Assembly: GCF_006345805.1 (NCBI RefSeq) | Contig: NC_042997.1 | Coordinates: 167,834,001-167,898,000 of the forward strand | Length of the DNA stretch: 64,000 bases | Origin: Octopus sinensis | Lineage: Eukaryota | Direction of reading: 5' to 3' | Shown: positions 13,301 to 26,502 of the stretch, one piece after another | How the letters are laid out: every line of letters begins with the position of its first letter | How positions within the stretch are numbered: position 1 is the stretch's first letter | Made by a program: the position numbers and the translations under genes | Notes under the pieces: generated by a model | Told to the model about the DNA's origin: nothing | The model's input: the letters and a program-made list of their open reading frames with translations, nothing else | Databases searched by the model: none

Positions 13301-16300
13301 TGCTAAGCAGAGTCACAAGGCTCTAACTGTTGCTTCCCAGGACCAGATGCTTGAAAAGCTACAATATTCAGTGGTAAATACGCTCTTCAACATTACTATA
13401 GTGGCTGTTGTTGGCTGTTCAAATGCATGTTATTAACTGGAAAAACAGCTAGCATGAATCACAATAAAACATTTTTGTGTATAAATATATTGTTTATTCT
13501 GTGTTCACCTTTTGTAGAGAAACCATGTAGTATGATACAAAAACATATGTGTTTACATACAAAGGAAGTTTTGATTTTTGCTTTTGCACTGAAAGAAGTA
13601 ACATATATTTGTATTACAGCATGTATTCATGTGTGTAATGAGAACAGTCATTTTGAGAATGCGTGTGTGATAAAATATCTTCATTTATGAACCATATATC
13701 TTGTGAGTCACACGTGGGAGACTTGCATGTGGAGCTACAGAGAAGATATATGTCTTTGACTGAAAGCTGGCAGGAACTGGAGAGCTTCTACTGTGTGGCT
13801 TGGAATGAGGTTTGTATATCAGAATGAGGCTACTGTATCAAAGCGAGGCTAATATATCAAAGCAAGACTAGACGCCTTGTCGATATATTCATCTGCTGTG
13901 CAGGTTGACTCACGTATTACTATGTAATATGTAGCTCTGCTACATTACAATTCATTTAGGGAAATTTGTAATTTAGAAAAGTCTGAACCTATCAGTTTAT
14001 AGACTTCACTAATTGTTTTTATTTTAGCACATAAGTCAAAATACTTAGCAGTATTTCTTCTGGCTCTTCACATTCAAAGATCAAATCTCACCAACTTTAT
14101 TTGTCATGCTTTCAGGATCAATAAAATACAGTACCAGTCAAGTACTAGGGTTTATGTAATCAACTTGCCTCCTCCCCTCAAAATTACTAGCCTTGTCCCA
14201 AAATTAGAAAGAATTATTATTATTTTTGCTTGCAACAGACATAATCAATTTTTTTGAATTTTTAATTAATTTGTTTTGATTCTCAAAAACATTCCATAAA
14301 AATCATTTCAAAACTTTGTTTCTTTTCAAATTTAAGAGCCTGGAATTTTTGGAAATAGTTACCTTCAATATAGTTTTTGTGTCATATATTTTGATTTTTC
14401 CATTTTTCTGCTGGTATAGTCTGATTGTTAATTCAGACAGCATATTGTTGGTGGTGATGGTGATGGTAGTGGTGATGATAATGATGACAATGACAATAAA
14501 AATGAGAAGAAGGATAACAGTGATAGAGGTGGTGGCAATGAGAATGAGGATGATGAAACAATAAAAGGGATTATAGTTATAAAAAGATGACAATAATGAG
14601 GAGAAAAAAGGGAGAGATGAGGCAACTGAAATGGAAGAGACAATAATAGAAATAGAGATGATAATGATTTTCTTAATAATGGAGATGATTGTAATCATGA
14701 CACATGATGTAAAACTAGTAACTTGTTCACCATTTACAAAATGTTTCACTAGGACATATTTTCTCAAAAACCTTGTGCCATGTCACTGTATATGTTCACA
14801 TTAAAATCAAAACTGCTTCTTTTAGCACACAAAAAAGTACTACCATTATGTATGGCACATCAACTGATCGTGCCTCTAAAAAGACCCTTCACAAAATTTT
14901 CTGTGCTGCTGAAAATATTACTCTTTTACTTGTTTCAGTCATTTGACTGTGGCCATGATGGAGCCCTGCCTTTAGTCGAGCAAATCAACCACAGGACTTA
15001 TTTTTTGTAAGCCTGGTACTTATTCTATCAGTCTCTTTTGCTGAACTGCTAAGTTATGGGGACATAAACACACCAGCATCGATTGTCAAGCGATGTTGGG
15101 GGGACAAACACAGATGCTCAAACATATACACACACATACATATATATATACAACGGGCTTCTTTCAGTTTCTGTCTACCAAATCCACTCACAAGGTTTTG
15201 GTCGGCCTGAGGCTATAGTAGAAGACACTTGCCCAAGGTGCCATGCACTTGGTAAGCAAGCTACTTACCACACAGCCACTCCTACGCCTACATTAGCTTA
15301 ATCTCCCTCAAATCCCATTTTAATGTCTTAAAAAAATGCGTTGGATAATGTCGTCCTATTTACACAGGCACATAGCTTAGTGGTTAAGGTATTCAGCTCA
15401 TGATAGTAAGGTTGTGAGTTCAATTCCCAGTGGCATGCTGTGTCCTTAAGCATGTTGTATCCTTTATTTAATATTGCTCTAGCTCACTCAGCTGGCAAAA
15501 GAATATGGTGCTTGTATTTCAAAGGGCCAACCTTATCACAGTTTGTTTCATACTGAATCTTCCTGAGAACCACATTAAGGGTATATGTGTCTGTGTGCTC
15601 AACCACTTGCACATTATTTTCAGGAATAATGTGTTACGGTAACCAGATCAACTGGACCCCTTATCATCATAACTGACCAATTGCCAGCATTTACACATTA
15701 TTTGAAACAAAACAAAAAAAAGACAAATAGGTTGTTCACAGTTGAAATATTTATGGACATAGGGCTGTTTGATCAGAGTTAGCCAACACCTAAACAGCAA
15801 CAACAACAACAAAAGTGGAGGCGCAATGGCCCAGTGGTTAGGGCAGCGGACTCGCGGTTGTAAGAACGCAGTTTTGATTCCCAGACCGAGCATTGTTAGT
15901 GTTTATTGAACAAAAACACCTATGCTCCATGAGGATTAAGCTCCATGAGGATCAGAACCTGGCTGTACTCTTTCACCACAAATTTCTCTCACTCTTTCTT
16001 CCTACTTCTGCCACAAAGCAGAGGAACCATGGTGTAACCAACTATGGTGTGGTAAACTTTCAGACCCTAGTCTAGATTATGAATCTTCTGTAGCCCAGGA
16101 TGTATTCAGCTCTCCACCCGTTAAAAGCCACCATTTATGGAATAAGGATAACAACATAGCTTTCACACCCATGCAACCGCCAGTCTATCGCGTGTGGTGG
16201 GTGGATCTTCAAGTTGCCACACGCATTCCTAGTAGCTTAGAGTAGGCTCGAATTAGAGATTATTCTTTGTGGCTAATGGTGTGAGTCCTGATTGGAAGAA

Positions 16301-19300
16301 GAAGAGCAACAACAACAACAATACTTTTTTAATTTTTTTCCCCCAGACTTTACTAGAAGACATACAGTGTGGACTAAATGATTATCTGGAGAAAAAGAGA
16401 CTATTTTTCCCAAGGTAAGTAGTAATGCTTTATTTACCCTCTCAGAATGGGGTAAATAATATATAAAAAGATAAAGTATAATGTCTAACTAAGGTTAATT
16501 GGAGTGTGAGACCAGGGAAAACAGTATCTTGGATGAGATATGCAGAATAAAAAACAAAATGTTTACAAAAATTCTGTAGAAGTTGAATTAAATATAGACC
16601 ACATCTTAAAATAAAGCCATTTGATTGACAGGTTAGTGAAATGAATAAGTTAGCAGTTAGTTCTAACTGATCCAGGACTGATGTCAGCAAATCATTCTCT
16701 AACCATGTCTGGTCAGAACCTTTCTGCTACAGTCACAATCGAAGCCCACAAAAATAAGAGAATCACTGATGTTTTACCATCATCATCATCCTCATATGTC
16801 CATTTTCCATGCTGACATGAGTTGGATAGTCCAACAGGAACTGGCAAACTAGAGGTCTATATCAAGCTCCAATGTCTGCTTAAGCATGGTTTCTGTAGCT
16901 GGATGCCCTTCATAATGCCAACCACTTGCAAAGTATACTGGGTGCTTCTTATGTAGTACTGGCACTAGTGAAATTACCATGTAGGTAGCAAGATAAGACC
17001 CCTCGACTGAGGTGATTATGTTATAACAAATGATTCTTAGTGCAACACAATAGCCAACAAATATGTCACTGTGTGGTTGTTTGATATGCTAAAAATAGCA
17101 ACCAAATCTCTCTTTAGATTACATCCTACAACCTTAGATAAAGAAAGGAAATATTAGATAGCTTAACAACATATAATCTACTTGTTTCTTGCTCCTCATA
17201 TATTAAACTTCATATAAATTTTCAGTGGTGCCAGAGTTCCCTGATCTAATATGTTTTAGAACACATTACACCTACAAAGTATTTTTTTATCTTGTAATCA
17301 AGGAGTAAGGCAGTGCTCACTACCCATTGCAGAAACTTTGAAACTAGTGAGAAGAAAGTATCCTCAAAACAAAGATTTGACCTGAATGCTTGCAACAGAG
17401 TGGACTCTGCTAAAAGCACCCAAAGACTAGGTGGTCACATTTAACCAGGTGATAGATTAAGTCCACCAATCAAGAGACATTTATTATTCAAATAGTGTTT
17501 CTCATATGTTAATATTTTTTAATAAATTTAAAGGCGGTGAACTGGCAGAATTGTTAGCAATGTAAAGCTGTGAGCTGGCAGAAATGTTAGCCTGCCGGAC
17601 GAATTGCTTAGTGGTATTTTGTCTGCCGTTACGTTCTGAGTTCAAATTCCGCCGAGGTCGACTTTGCCTTTCACCCTTTCCGGGTCGATTAAATAAGTAC
17701 CAGTTACGCCCTGGGGTCGATATAATCGACTTAATTCATTTGTCTGTCCTTGTTTGTCCCCTCTGTGTGTAGCCCCTTGAGGGCAGTAAAGATATAAGAA
17801 TTGTTAGCATGCAGGGCAAAATGCTTAGTGGCATTTCGTCCATCCTTACATTCTGAGTTCAGATGCTGCTATGATCAACTTTGCCTTTCATCCTTTTGGG
17901 GGTCGATAGGATAAGCACCAGCTGAACACTGGGGTCAATGTAATGGAATTACACCTTCTCTCAAGATTGCTGGCCTTGTGCCAAAATTTGAAACAAAATT
18001 TTTTTTAATGAATTGCATAATTTGGTTTCAGGTTCTTCTTCTTATCTAATGATGAACTTCTCGAAATTCTCTCTGAAACGAAAGACCCTTTACGTGTGCA
18101 GCCTCATTTGAAGAAATGTTTCGAAAGCATTGCCCAGTTGGTTTTCACTCCTGAAAAAGTTATTGTAGCCATGGAATCATCTGAAAAGGAAAGGGTGAAT
18201 TTCTGTACCAATATTGTCCCATCAGAAGCACATGGGCTTGTTGAAAAATGGCTTCAACAAGTAAGTTAAATAACAATAACAGTGATAATTGGTTACATTG
18301 TCAGTTAAAAATTTACCTCAATGTATACATTTATTATTGGTTAGGTTTGTTCAAATGATAATATAGTTTCATCATCATCATTATCATCGTTAAACAATCA
18401 TTTTCCATACTGGCATGAGTTGGATGTCTTGACAGAAGCTAGCAAGCCAAAGGATTGTACCAAGCTCCAATGTCTATTTTGGCATAGTTTCTATGGCTGG
18501 ATTCCCTTCTTAACACCAACCACTTCACAGCGTAATGATTATATTTAAGTGGTGCTGGCACTAGTGAGGACACCAAGTAACTTACAAGACAAGACCCCTC
18601 TTCTGAGGTGTGGGTACTGCTGAGGGAAGCAGCTTTATGCTAGGTGATGAGAGGTTAAAATATGATACAGGAACAAGAACAGCAGTTTTGCAAAGAAGAT
18701 ATACATGGCGGGAAGCTGGCAGAAACGTTAGCACACCGGGCGAAATGCTTAGTGGTATTTCATCTGCTGCTACGTTCTGAGTTCAAATTCTGCAGAGGTC
18801 GACTTTGCCTTTCATCCTTTCGAGGTCGATAAATTAAGTACCAGTTGCATACTGGGGTCGATGTAATCAACTTAATTCCTTTGTCTGTCCTTGTTTGGCC
18901 CCTTGTGGGCAATAAAGAAATAAGAAGATATACGTGGCTGTCTCAATTGGAAAATTAGGGATTGAGTCAAAGATGTGTCAGGATGTACCCTCAAGCTACA
19001 GGGCAGATATAAGAAAAGCGGTCAAGAGGATTGGAAAGGCTGAATGGATAGGTAAATTTATAAGAACGTGAAAGGAGAGTGGCAGATGGATAGAAATGAG
19101 GATAGAAGTGAATGCAGTGAATGGTGAGTACAGGTGGAGGCATGATCAATGGGGAAACATTAAATATATAGGAAATAAAGAGAATTAAAGTTTATTACCA
19201 ACTGGAAATTGGATAGTCCTCATCTGGTGCTATTTAGCTCTCATCAATACAATATCAGTGATTGGAATCCAGTACATAGATTTAATCACTGTTGTTTGAA

Positions 19301-22300
19301 GAATAAGTCATCTTTGATCTGTTTTCCATAAACTTCAGGTAGAGCATGCAATGAAACTAAGTCTGAGACAAGAAATGGTTAAAGCTGTGGAGAGTTATAG
19401 TCATAATCATCGAAACAAATGGGTTTTAATGTGGCCTGGACAGATTGTGCTGGCAGCCAGCCAGGTACATTGGACAGCTGAAATTACAAAGGTTGGTAGA
19501 AATAATATTTCTATATTTTGAAATAAGTTAAGAAAAAACATTGGGAATTATTTTTATAATTAACTCCATCTATTATTAAGTAATCTCCAATCTTCCTCAG
19601 ATTTCATATTTCAAATGTATACACAAGCTTATTTTAAATACATATGACTTCCTAGTTTGAATACATACAACTTTATGTTATGAATGTACACAGCTTCATA
19701 TTTTGAATACATACAACTTCTTCAAAAATTACAAGGACTTGTATCCTTGTATTAAATGGTTATTTACCATTTTCCTTTAGGATGTTCTTTGAAATATTGT
19801 AAAAACTACAATTTAGGTTCAAATAAGTAATATCTTATCATCCACTGAGTCATTGGTGTATCACTGAATACTTCAACTTCAAAATGCTAATGAGATCATC
19901 TCTACATTATCACCTAACCTGCTAAAAATAGAAGCTAAATCTTTCCCAAATAGCATACTACCATCTTCAATAAACAGAGAAACATTATACTATTTTTCTT
20001 TGTTTATCTAATGTAGAAGTGTTGACTGGAGAGAGATTTAGCTGTATTACCCTAATAAAACATAATGGAATGGTCACAGAAGGAGCATCTTTGATCATTG
20101 GTCTGCTCAACCTACAGTTGTTGCTTAACCTAGGGTTAAACAATAACTTAGTATAATCCAGTTGCAGAATACAACACTGGAATCTTTAACTAATACTCCA
20201 TCAAATCAGTCACCATGTATAATTCAAATAATCTTTACTCTATGAGATTGGTGAAATGAATAAAAGCAGTGAAATTTGTGGTTAGATATAGCATGATTTG
20301 TTTCTTTTTAATAAAATTAATTTGGATACATTTTTCTTTTTATCCATTGTAGGCCATCGAAAAGGGGTCAATCCAGCAATATGTGGAGGAAAGGCAGCAT
20401 CAGATTGAAGAAATTGTGGAAATTGTTCGTGGTAATATTTCAAAAATGGCCAGAATCACTCTTGGAGCTCTCATTGTCATTGATGTTCATGGTAAGAGAT
20501 AGAAGTTCAGTTACTCTTCATGTTGTCCATATTTAGTTGGAAAAATGTTGCACACAAGAACATTGATTTTTCCCATTAAACTTGATCATTGTTGCAATTG
20601 GTGTTGTTGTTGTTGGTAAACCCTGATTGAAAAGATTTATGATCAAAGCATTTACACCATGACCATCCTTTCATAAGTTATCCAAAACAGTCTTTAGCCT
20701 GAAAGTCCTACAAAACAAACCAGCTAGTTCATCCTCATCAATGTGTAAGGTTTTTTCCAAGCACATCATTGCACTTATCAACAGTTGGTTCCCTATATAT
20801 TGCTAAAGTGGAACTTTCACAACTGCATTGCCCTGTTTGTAGAGGGTTACGAACACCTGATGACTTTCTAGATGCCAGGCACCCTGACTGGTGTGTTGTG
20901 GTAGTAGCAGCATCCACTGTCTTCCCCCTCATTGTTTACATTTCAGGGAATTGTTGTTGCTGTTGCTTCTGCAACTGCCTATTGCTACTCTTCTACTTTT
21001 CCTGTTCCCTTGTTAAGCAGCAGGGCCTTTATATGGTTTATACTCCCATATATTTTTCAAACTCCACCTGTCTAACACCCGTGGACATATTTACAAAATC
21101 AGAAAACAGCACAGCTCCCATGACTTTCAGAAACATTTTTTCACGCTGAGAGTTGCTGAAGCATGGAACAAACTGCCGGTATCAGTTGTTAGTTGTCGGA
21201 GCACTGCATCCTTCAAAACTTCCATGCTTCCTGAGATTCGCCAACACTACACCTGATTTTCTCCCCTCCATACACACGCAAGCATGTATCTGACTCATAC
21301 ACTGTTCGCTTTCCAGACATTTGTACATTACTCCATATGCTTTATATGCACTTTTGACAAGTTGTGGTGCACCTGAGCACTATATACAATAATTTCATCA
21401 TTATATATATGTGTGGCAAGTGGAATTCTCACCTGCATCATTAGTCTGATTGACCTCCTTTCCATTCCCACAATGGATTAAAATTCTGAGATAGTCTTAT
21501 GCATCTAAAGATACACAGACTCTAAGACTACATGTTGTTAAGTGTCACCTCTGTGCTCCCCACCTACCCATACTGTACCACAAAGGTGACAATAAACTAA
21601 GGGCCCACATCAACACAAATATCTCTGGCTGTGAGCCTTTTATTCCTCTTGTTTCTATATTCTCTTGTCTTTATCATTTCTTCATTTCTCTTACTTTTTC
21701 CCAATTAGCTCGAGATATTGAGTCCCAGTTAATCCGTTCTCAAGTAAGTAATGTACAAGACTTTAACTGGATTAGCCATTTGCGGTACTACTTTGAAGAC
21801 CAGTCTGTAATAGTCCGAATGGTGACCACCTCAGTTGCATATGCCTATGAATATCTGGGGAATTCAAGCCGTCTCGTAATCACACCACTTACAGACAGGT
21901 GTTACAGGTGAGCAACAATTTATGGATTTGTATTACATCTAATTTGTTTCACTGTTATTGTTATTGTTGCTTTTGTTGTCATCCCTCATAGTGTGATTGG
22001 GGAACAATATTTCTGAACTGTAGTGATTATGGTTAGCTGGTCTGTGGCATTACACAGCAGCATGTTTCTGTGTATTATTTCATTTGTGAAGTCCAGTGTG
22101 CAAAGTTAATATAATTAGCTTTAATGATTAATTCTGATCATAAAGGCAGGTGGACAATTATGAGATTTTATATTAATTAAAATCAGTTAAAAATTTCTTG
22201 GGAACGCAGTACTTGAATGTGGATTTGATAAAATATGTATTAAAAAACTGTGCATTGATATTGATGAAATTTATTCTTAAAGTAAAACTTTCATTGATGT

Positions 22301-25300
22301 AATTGTATTAATAATGTACACAAACATTTGGTATATGCATCATTTTGTGCTTATTGTGTATTAGTCAATTCTTTTTAACTTTTGACATTTTTTAGAACCC
22401 TTATGTGTGCCATCAGATTAAATTTGGGTGGAGCACCTGAAGGACCTGCTGGAACGGGGAAAACAGAAACATCAAAAGATTTAGCAAAAGCAGTTGCAAA
22501 ACAGGTAGGACAACTAATAGGATATATTCAGGGGTTTAGATATCAAATGGTGCAATGAAAATTATCTCAGTAGTAAATGTGAAGGCGCATGGCTCAGTGG
22601 GTAGAGCATCGAGCTTACGATCATGAGGTTGTCAGCTCGAATCCCGGACCAGGCTGCGTGTTGTGTTCTTGAGCAAGACACTTTATTTCATGTTGCTCCA
22701 ATTTACTCAGCTGTAGAAATAAGTTGCCACATCACAGGTGCCAAGCTGTATTGGCCATAGCCTTTCCTTTGGATAACACTGGTGACGTGGAGAGGAGAGG
22801 CCGGTATGCATGGGCGACTGCTGGTCTTTCATAAAACAACCTTGCCTGGACTTGTGCCTGGGAGGGTAACTTTCTAGGTCTGTGTCGTGACCGAAGGGGG
22901 TCTCAAGTAAATGTTATCAAAATAAAACAAAACAAAGAAACAATAAATAGCATGGATTACAGCATACTGGACATGTATATGGATGAGTCAACAGGGTGAG
23001 ATGAATAATCAGATGGAAGACTAGAAATTTGGACCCTGTCACACACAATTCATGTAACCCTAAGTGGGCACCATATATTGTTATAGTTCACTACTGTAAA
23101 TAGTTGTGTATTTTTCTAAACTCACAATATTGAGTTCAACTCATCCTGAGAGTTTAATGAATGTCATAGGAAATTATTCCAGTTTTAGCCTTGAAACTCA
23201 ACATAGAAATTAGATTTACAAGTGTGCTTCAGTTTTCTGTTTTCAAGAAAATGTAACATACTGTATTAGGCACCCATACACATAATTTAAATTGTGGGCT
23301 GAGTGGAAACCAAACTGTTTTGAAATTTGGTAAGATACAATCTAAAAACAATATAATTGCCTTTATATTTGATAATGTTTAACAAACTTCATCAATGAGA
23401 AAAGCTTTCTGATTTTATGGTGCAGAAACACAGAAACTGAAAAATGACTTAACAAGCATCTAAGAACAACTTTACATGCTCATGAATTATATTATATTTG
23501 AAGTAATCTGATCATTAAAGATCATTAAACAATGAAGGGAAATTTGAAAACAAACAAAACTATTTGATATTCTATCATTTTACAAAGTGACCCTCATGAA
23601 AACCTATCGTATGTCTGCTATCCAGATACTGTTTTGACATAGTTGAAACTCTGAGCTATCAAATTTGCTACATTACATACTATGATTGATAGTCAAAACA
23701 TCAAATTGTTGCACATGTTCTGTCATTTAATCAGTATCATTTTATCAATCCTGACTAGATGAAAAGTTACACTTACCTTCATCATCCAAAGTAAACAAAA
23801 TCCCAAAACCATTTTTAGTTATCAGCTCAGGTAGGGGGCCCCAAAAGGGGTTTCAGGGAGTAGCATCCCTGCCTTCTTGAGCTAGTTTTTCACCACATAT
23901 CTTAAAAGCCATTGTAGAGGCCTTGGTCTCAGGACCACTCATGTCTAGAAACTGAGGTTGGGGGTAAGCAAGGGCATGCTTCCTGAAAATCCAGCTCCAA
24001 AAAAGCCTCATGATAGCAAAGGAGAATGGGCACCAGCCAGCCCAAAGGTTGAGGTGGACTGCATCTGCATACCTCGGTTACTATGGTATTGAGGTAGATC
24101 CAGCCACCCCCATCAATGGGGACAAAAACCAGATTTAAAACACTGGATGATGACGATGATTTTTAGTTATCAGCTGAAACTGTGATTATCATAAATGTAT
24201 ATCTTTAAATCATGTGAAAGAGTTATAAATGCCTCAATTTCCATATCTTCTTTGATCAATAAATCTAAAAATTTCAAACATAATTATGTAATCATTATGG
24301 ATTCTATAATTATTTTACAGTGTGTTGTCTTTAACTGCTCAGACAGTCTGGACTATAAAGCTATGGGCAAATTTTTTAAAGGTCTGGCACAGTCTGGTGC
24401 CTGGGCATGTTTTGATGAATTTAACAGAATAGAATTGGAGGTAAGTGTTACTAGTTAGCTGAAGTAAGTATTGCATGTTATATATATAAGAATAGGTAAC
24501 AGATTGTAATTTTGAGTGGTAAATATGACATATGACTTAAGTCATCATTGCTCTTGAGAAATGTATGAATCGCACAGCACTTCATTTCTCTCCTAATATG
24601 AATATATGAAATCAGTAGTTTATCATGTGGTTGGGCAGTACCACAAAGTAAGAGAAAAGCTTTTAGCAGAGCTGTTCTGTGAGCTGATTTCAGTAACTGA
24701 CTTACTTCTTTTATAACACTAACATATTTAAACCAGATATTAACATTACAAATGCTTCAGTTTTTTAGTATTTTCAAAAAGTTGGTACCAGTGCTTAACC
24801 ATTGAATATAATGACCAAAATGTTGCTCCTGTGTGAAAAGAATATGTAAAGTCTACATTATGGATTAGATAGACTGAAGCAAATTTGTAGTGATGCCATT
24901 TTGGGAGTCTTTAGCACGCATGCGCAGAGTTGGATTACTTCCAATAGGCCACTGGAAGTTCCCTCATGCGCATGCGCAGAGAACTACCAACAGAAAGATT
25001 TCCTGCTGGCTTTGTCTTTTCGAAGCTGCAGCTGAATTGAGTGGACACAACTCAAGGTTCTCTCAAGAAAACCAACACTATGCGGGAATGGAGACAGCAT
25101 TTTGGGTCACACAAGTTAACTATTGTGAATAGTTTTATGGTCTTGGCTTCCGGTTCGCCCTGAAGAAAATATATGTATATATATTTTTATTTGCGAATCC
25201 AGACAAAAATAAAATATTATTTATTGCTGTTGAAGATAGTCGAAGTTTTGGTTTTCCTTTCGACATAATTGAATGTAACAGGATAAGACCGGCACCCCTC

Positions 25301-26466
25301 AAGTGTTCCAGAGACCTTTATCCTTGTTACAAATTGATTAAAAATGACTGAGTATTGAACATTATTTTTTTACTGGTTCATGTATCATATAAATAAATCC
25401 TGCTACAGAGTTTTGCTATATTTAGCTGCATTTATGCTTGTTCTTATCCACAATTGTATAGACTAGATTAAGTTTAAGAATTTATTCATAATAATGATGA
25501 ACTTATTGTATGCAGTGCTCAGGTACACTACAATTTCTGAACAAAATTCTTGACCTATTTATATCTCTGTCATGGTTATCCACACTGAAGATCAACAGAA
25601 AATCATTTTAATATAACCCTTATTACGAGGTCTGTCCAAATGTAAAATGAATTTTTAAAAACAAAATTTGTCATTTTATTTACAATTTAATCAGATATGT
25701 CCCCTTCTGAATAGTTCCCTCCATTGTTATGACACCACTTCCAGCAGACTCTAGATGGTTGGTCTGCAAGAAAGAACATCCAAAACTCTCTCAAATTTCT
25801 TAAAAATAGATACAGATCTGTTTGACTAGAGTTAACCGAGTGTTAAACAACAATGGAATTTTGATCCCTGTAACGAAGCTCATTAAATGCATTAAATGTG
25901 GTAAAAACTTCAACACCTCAATTTGTTCTCTTTTTCATTTGTCCTCTTTCTCAAGGTATTATCTGTGATTGCTCAACAATTACAAACTATCCAGCGTGCT
26001 ATAATAGAACAACGGAATATGTTTGTCTTTGAAGGGACATATATATCTCTTGATCCTACTTGTACAATCTTCATCACAATGAATCCTGGATATGCAGGTC
26101 GGGCAGAGCTGCCAGACAATCTGAAAGTATTGTTTCGTACTGTGGCCATGATGGTACCTGACTATGCCATGATTTCAGAAATCCTCCTATATTCAATGGG
26201 CTTTGTTGATGCCAAAAATCTTTCAACAAAGATTGTTGCTACCTACAAACTCTGCTCAGAACAGGTACAAAGCTCTATTCTCTTCCTCTGACTCTCTTCA
26301 TAATAATTATTCTTTTTGCCATTTCCTACATTTAAATGAATATCATTAATTTCATTCTATTTAGTCTCCTCTTCCTGTTATTTTCTTCCATTTCATTTGT
26401 AAATGGTGTCATCATTACCATCATCTTCATCATCATCATCACTATCATCATCATCATTATCTTCAT

Positions 26467-26502
<36 letters not shown>

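Noticed and set aside
14303-14767. 154-aa hydrophobic ORF resembling a membrane protein
   Set aside because: Degenerate (GAT/GGT)n trinucleotide repeat.
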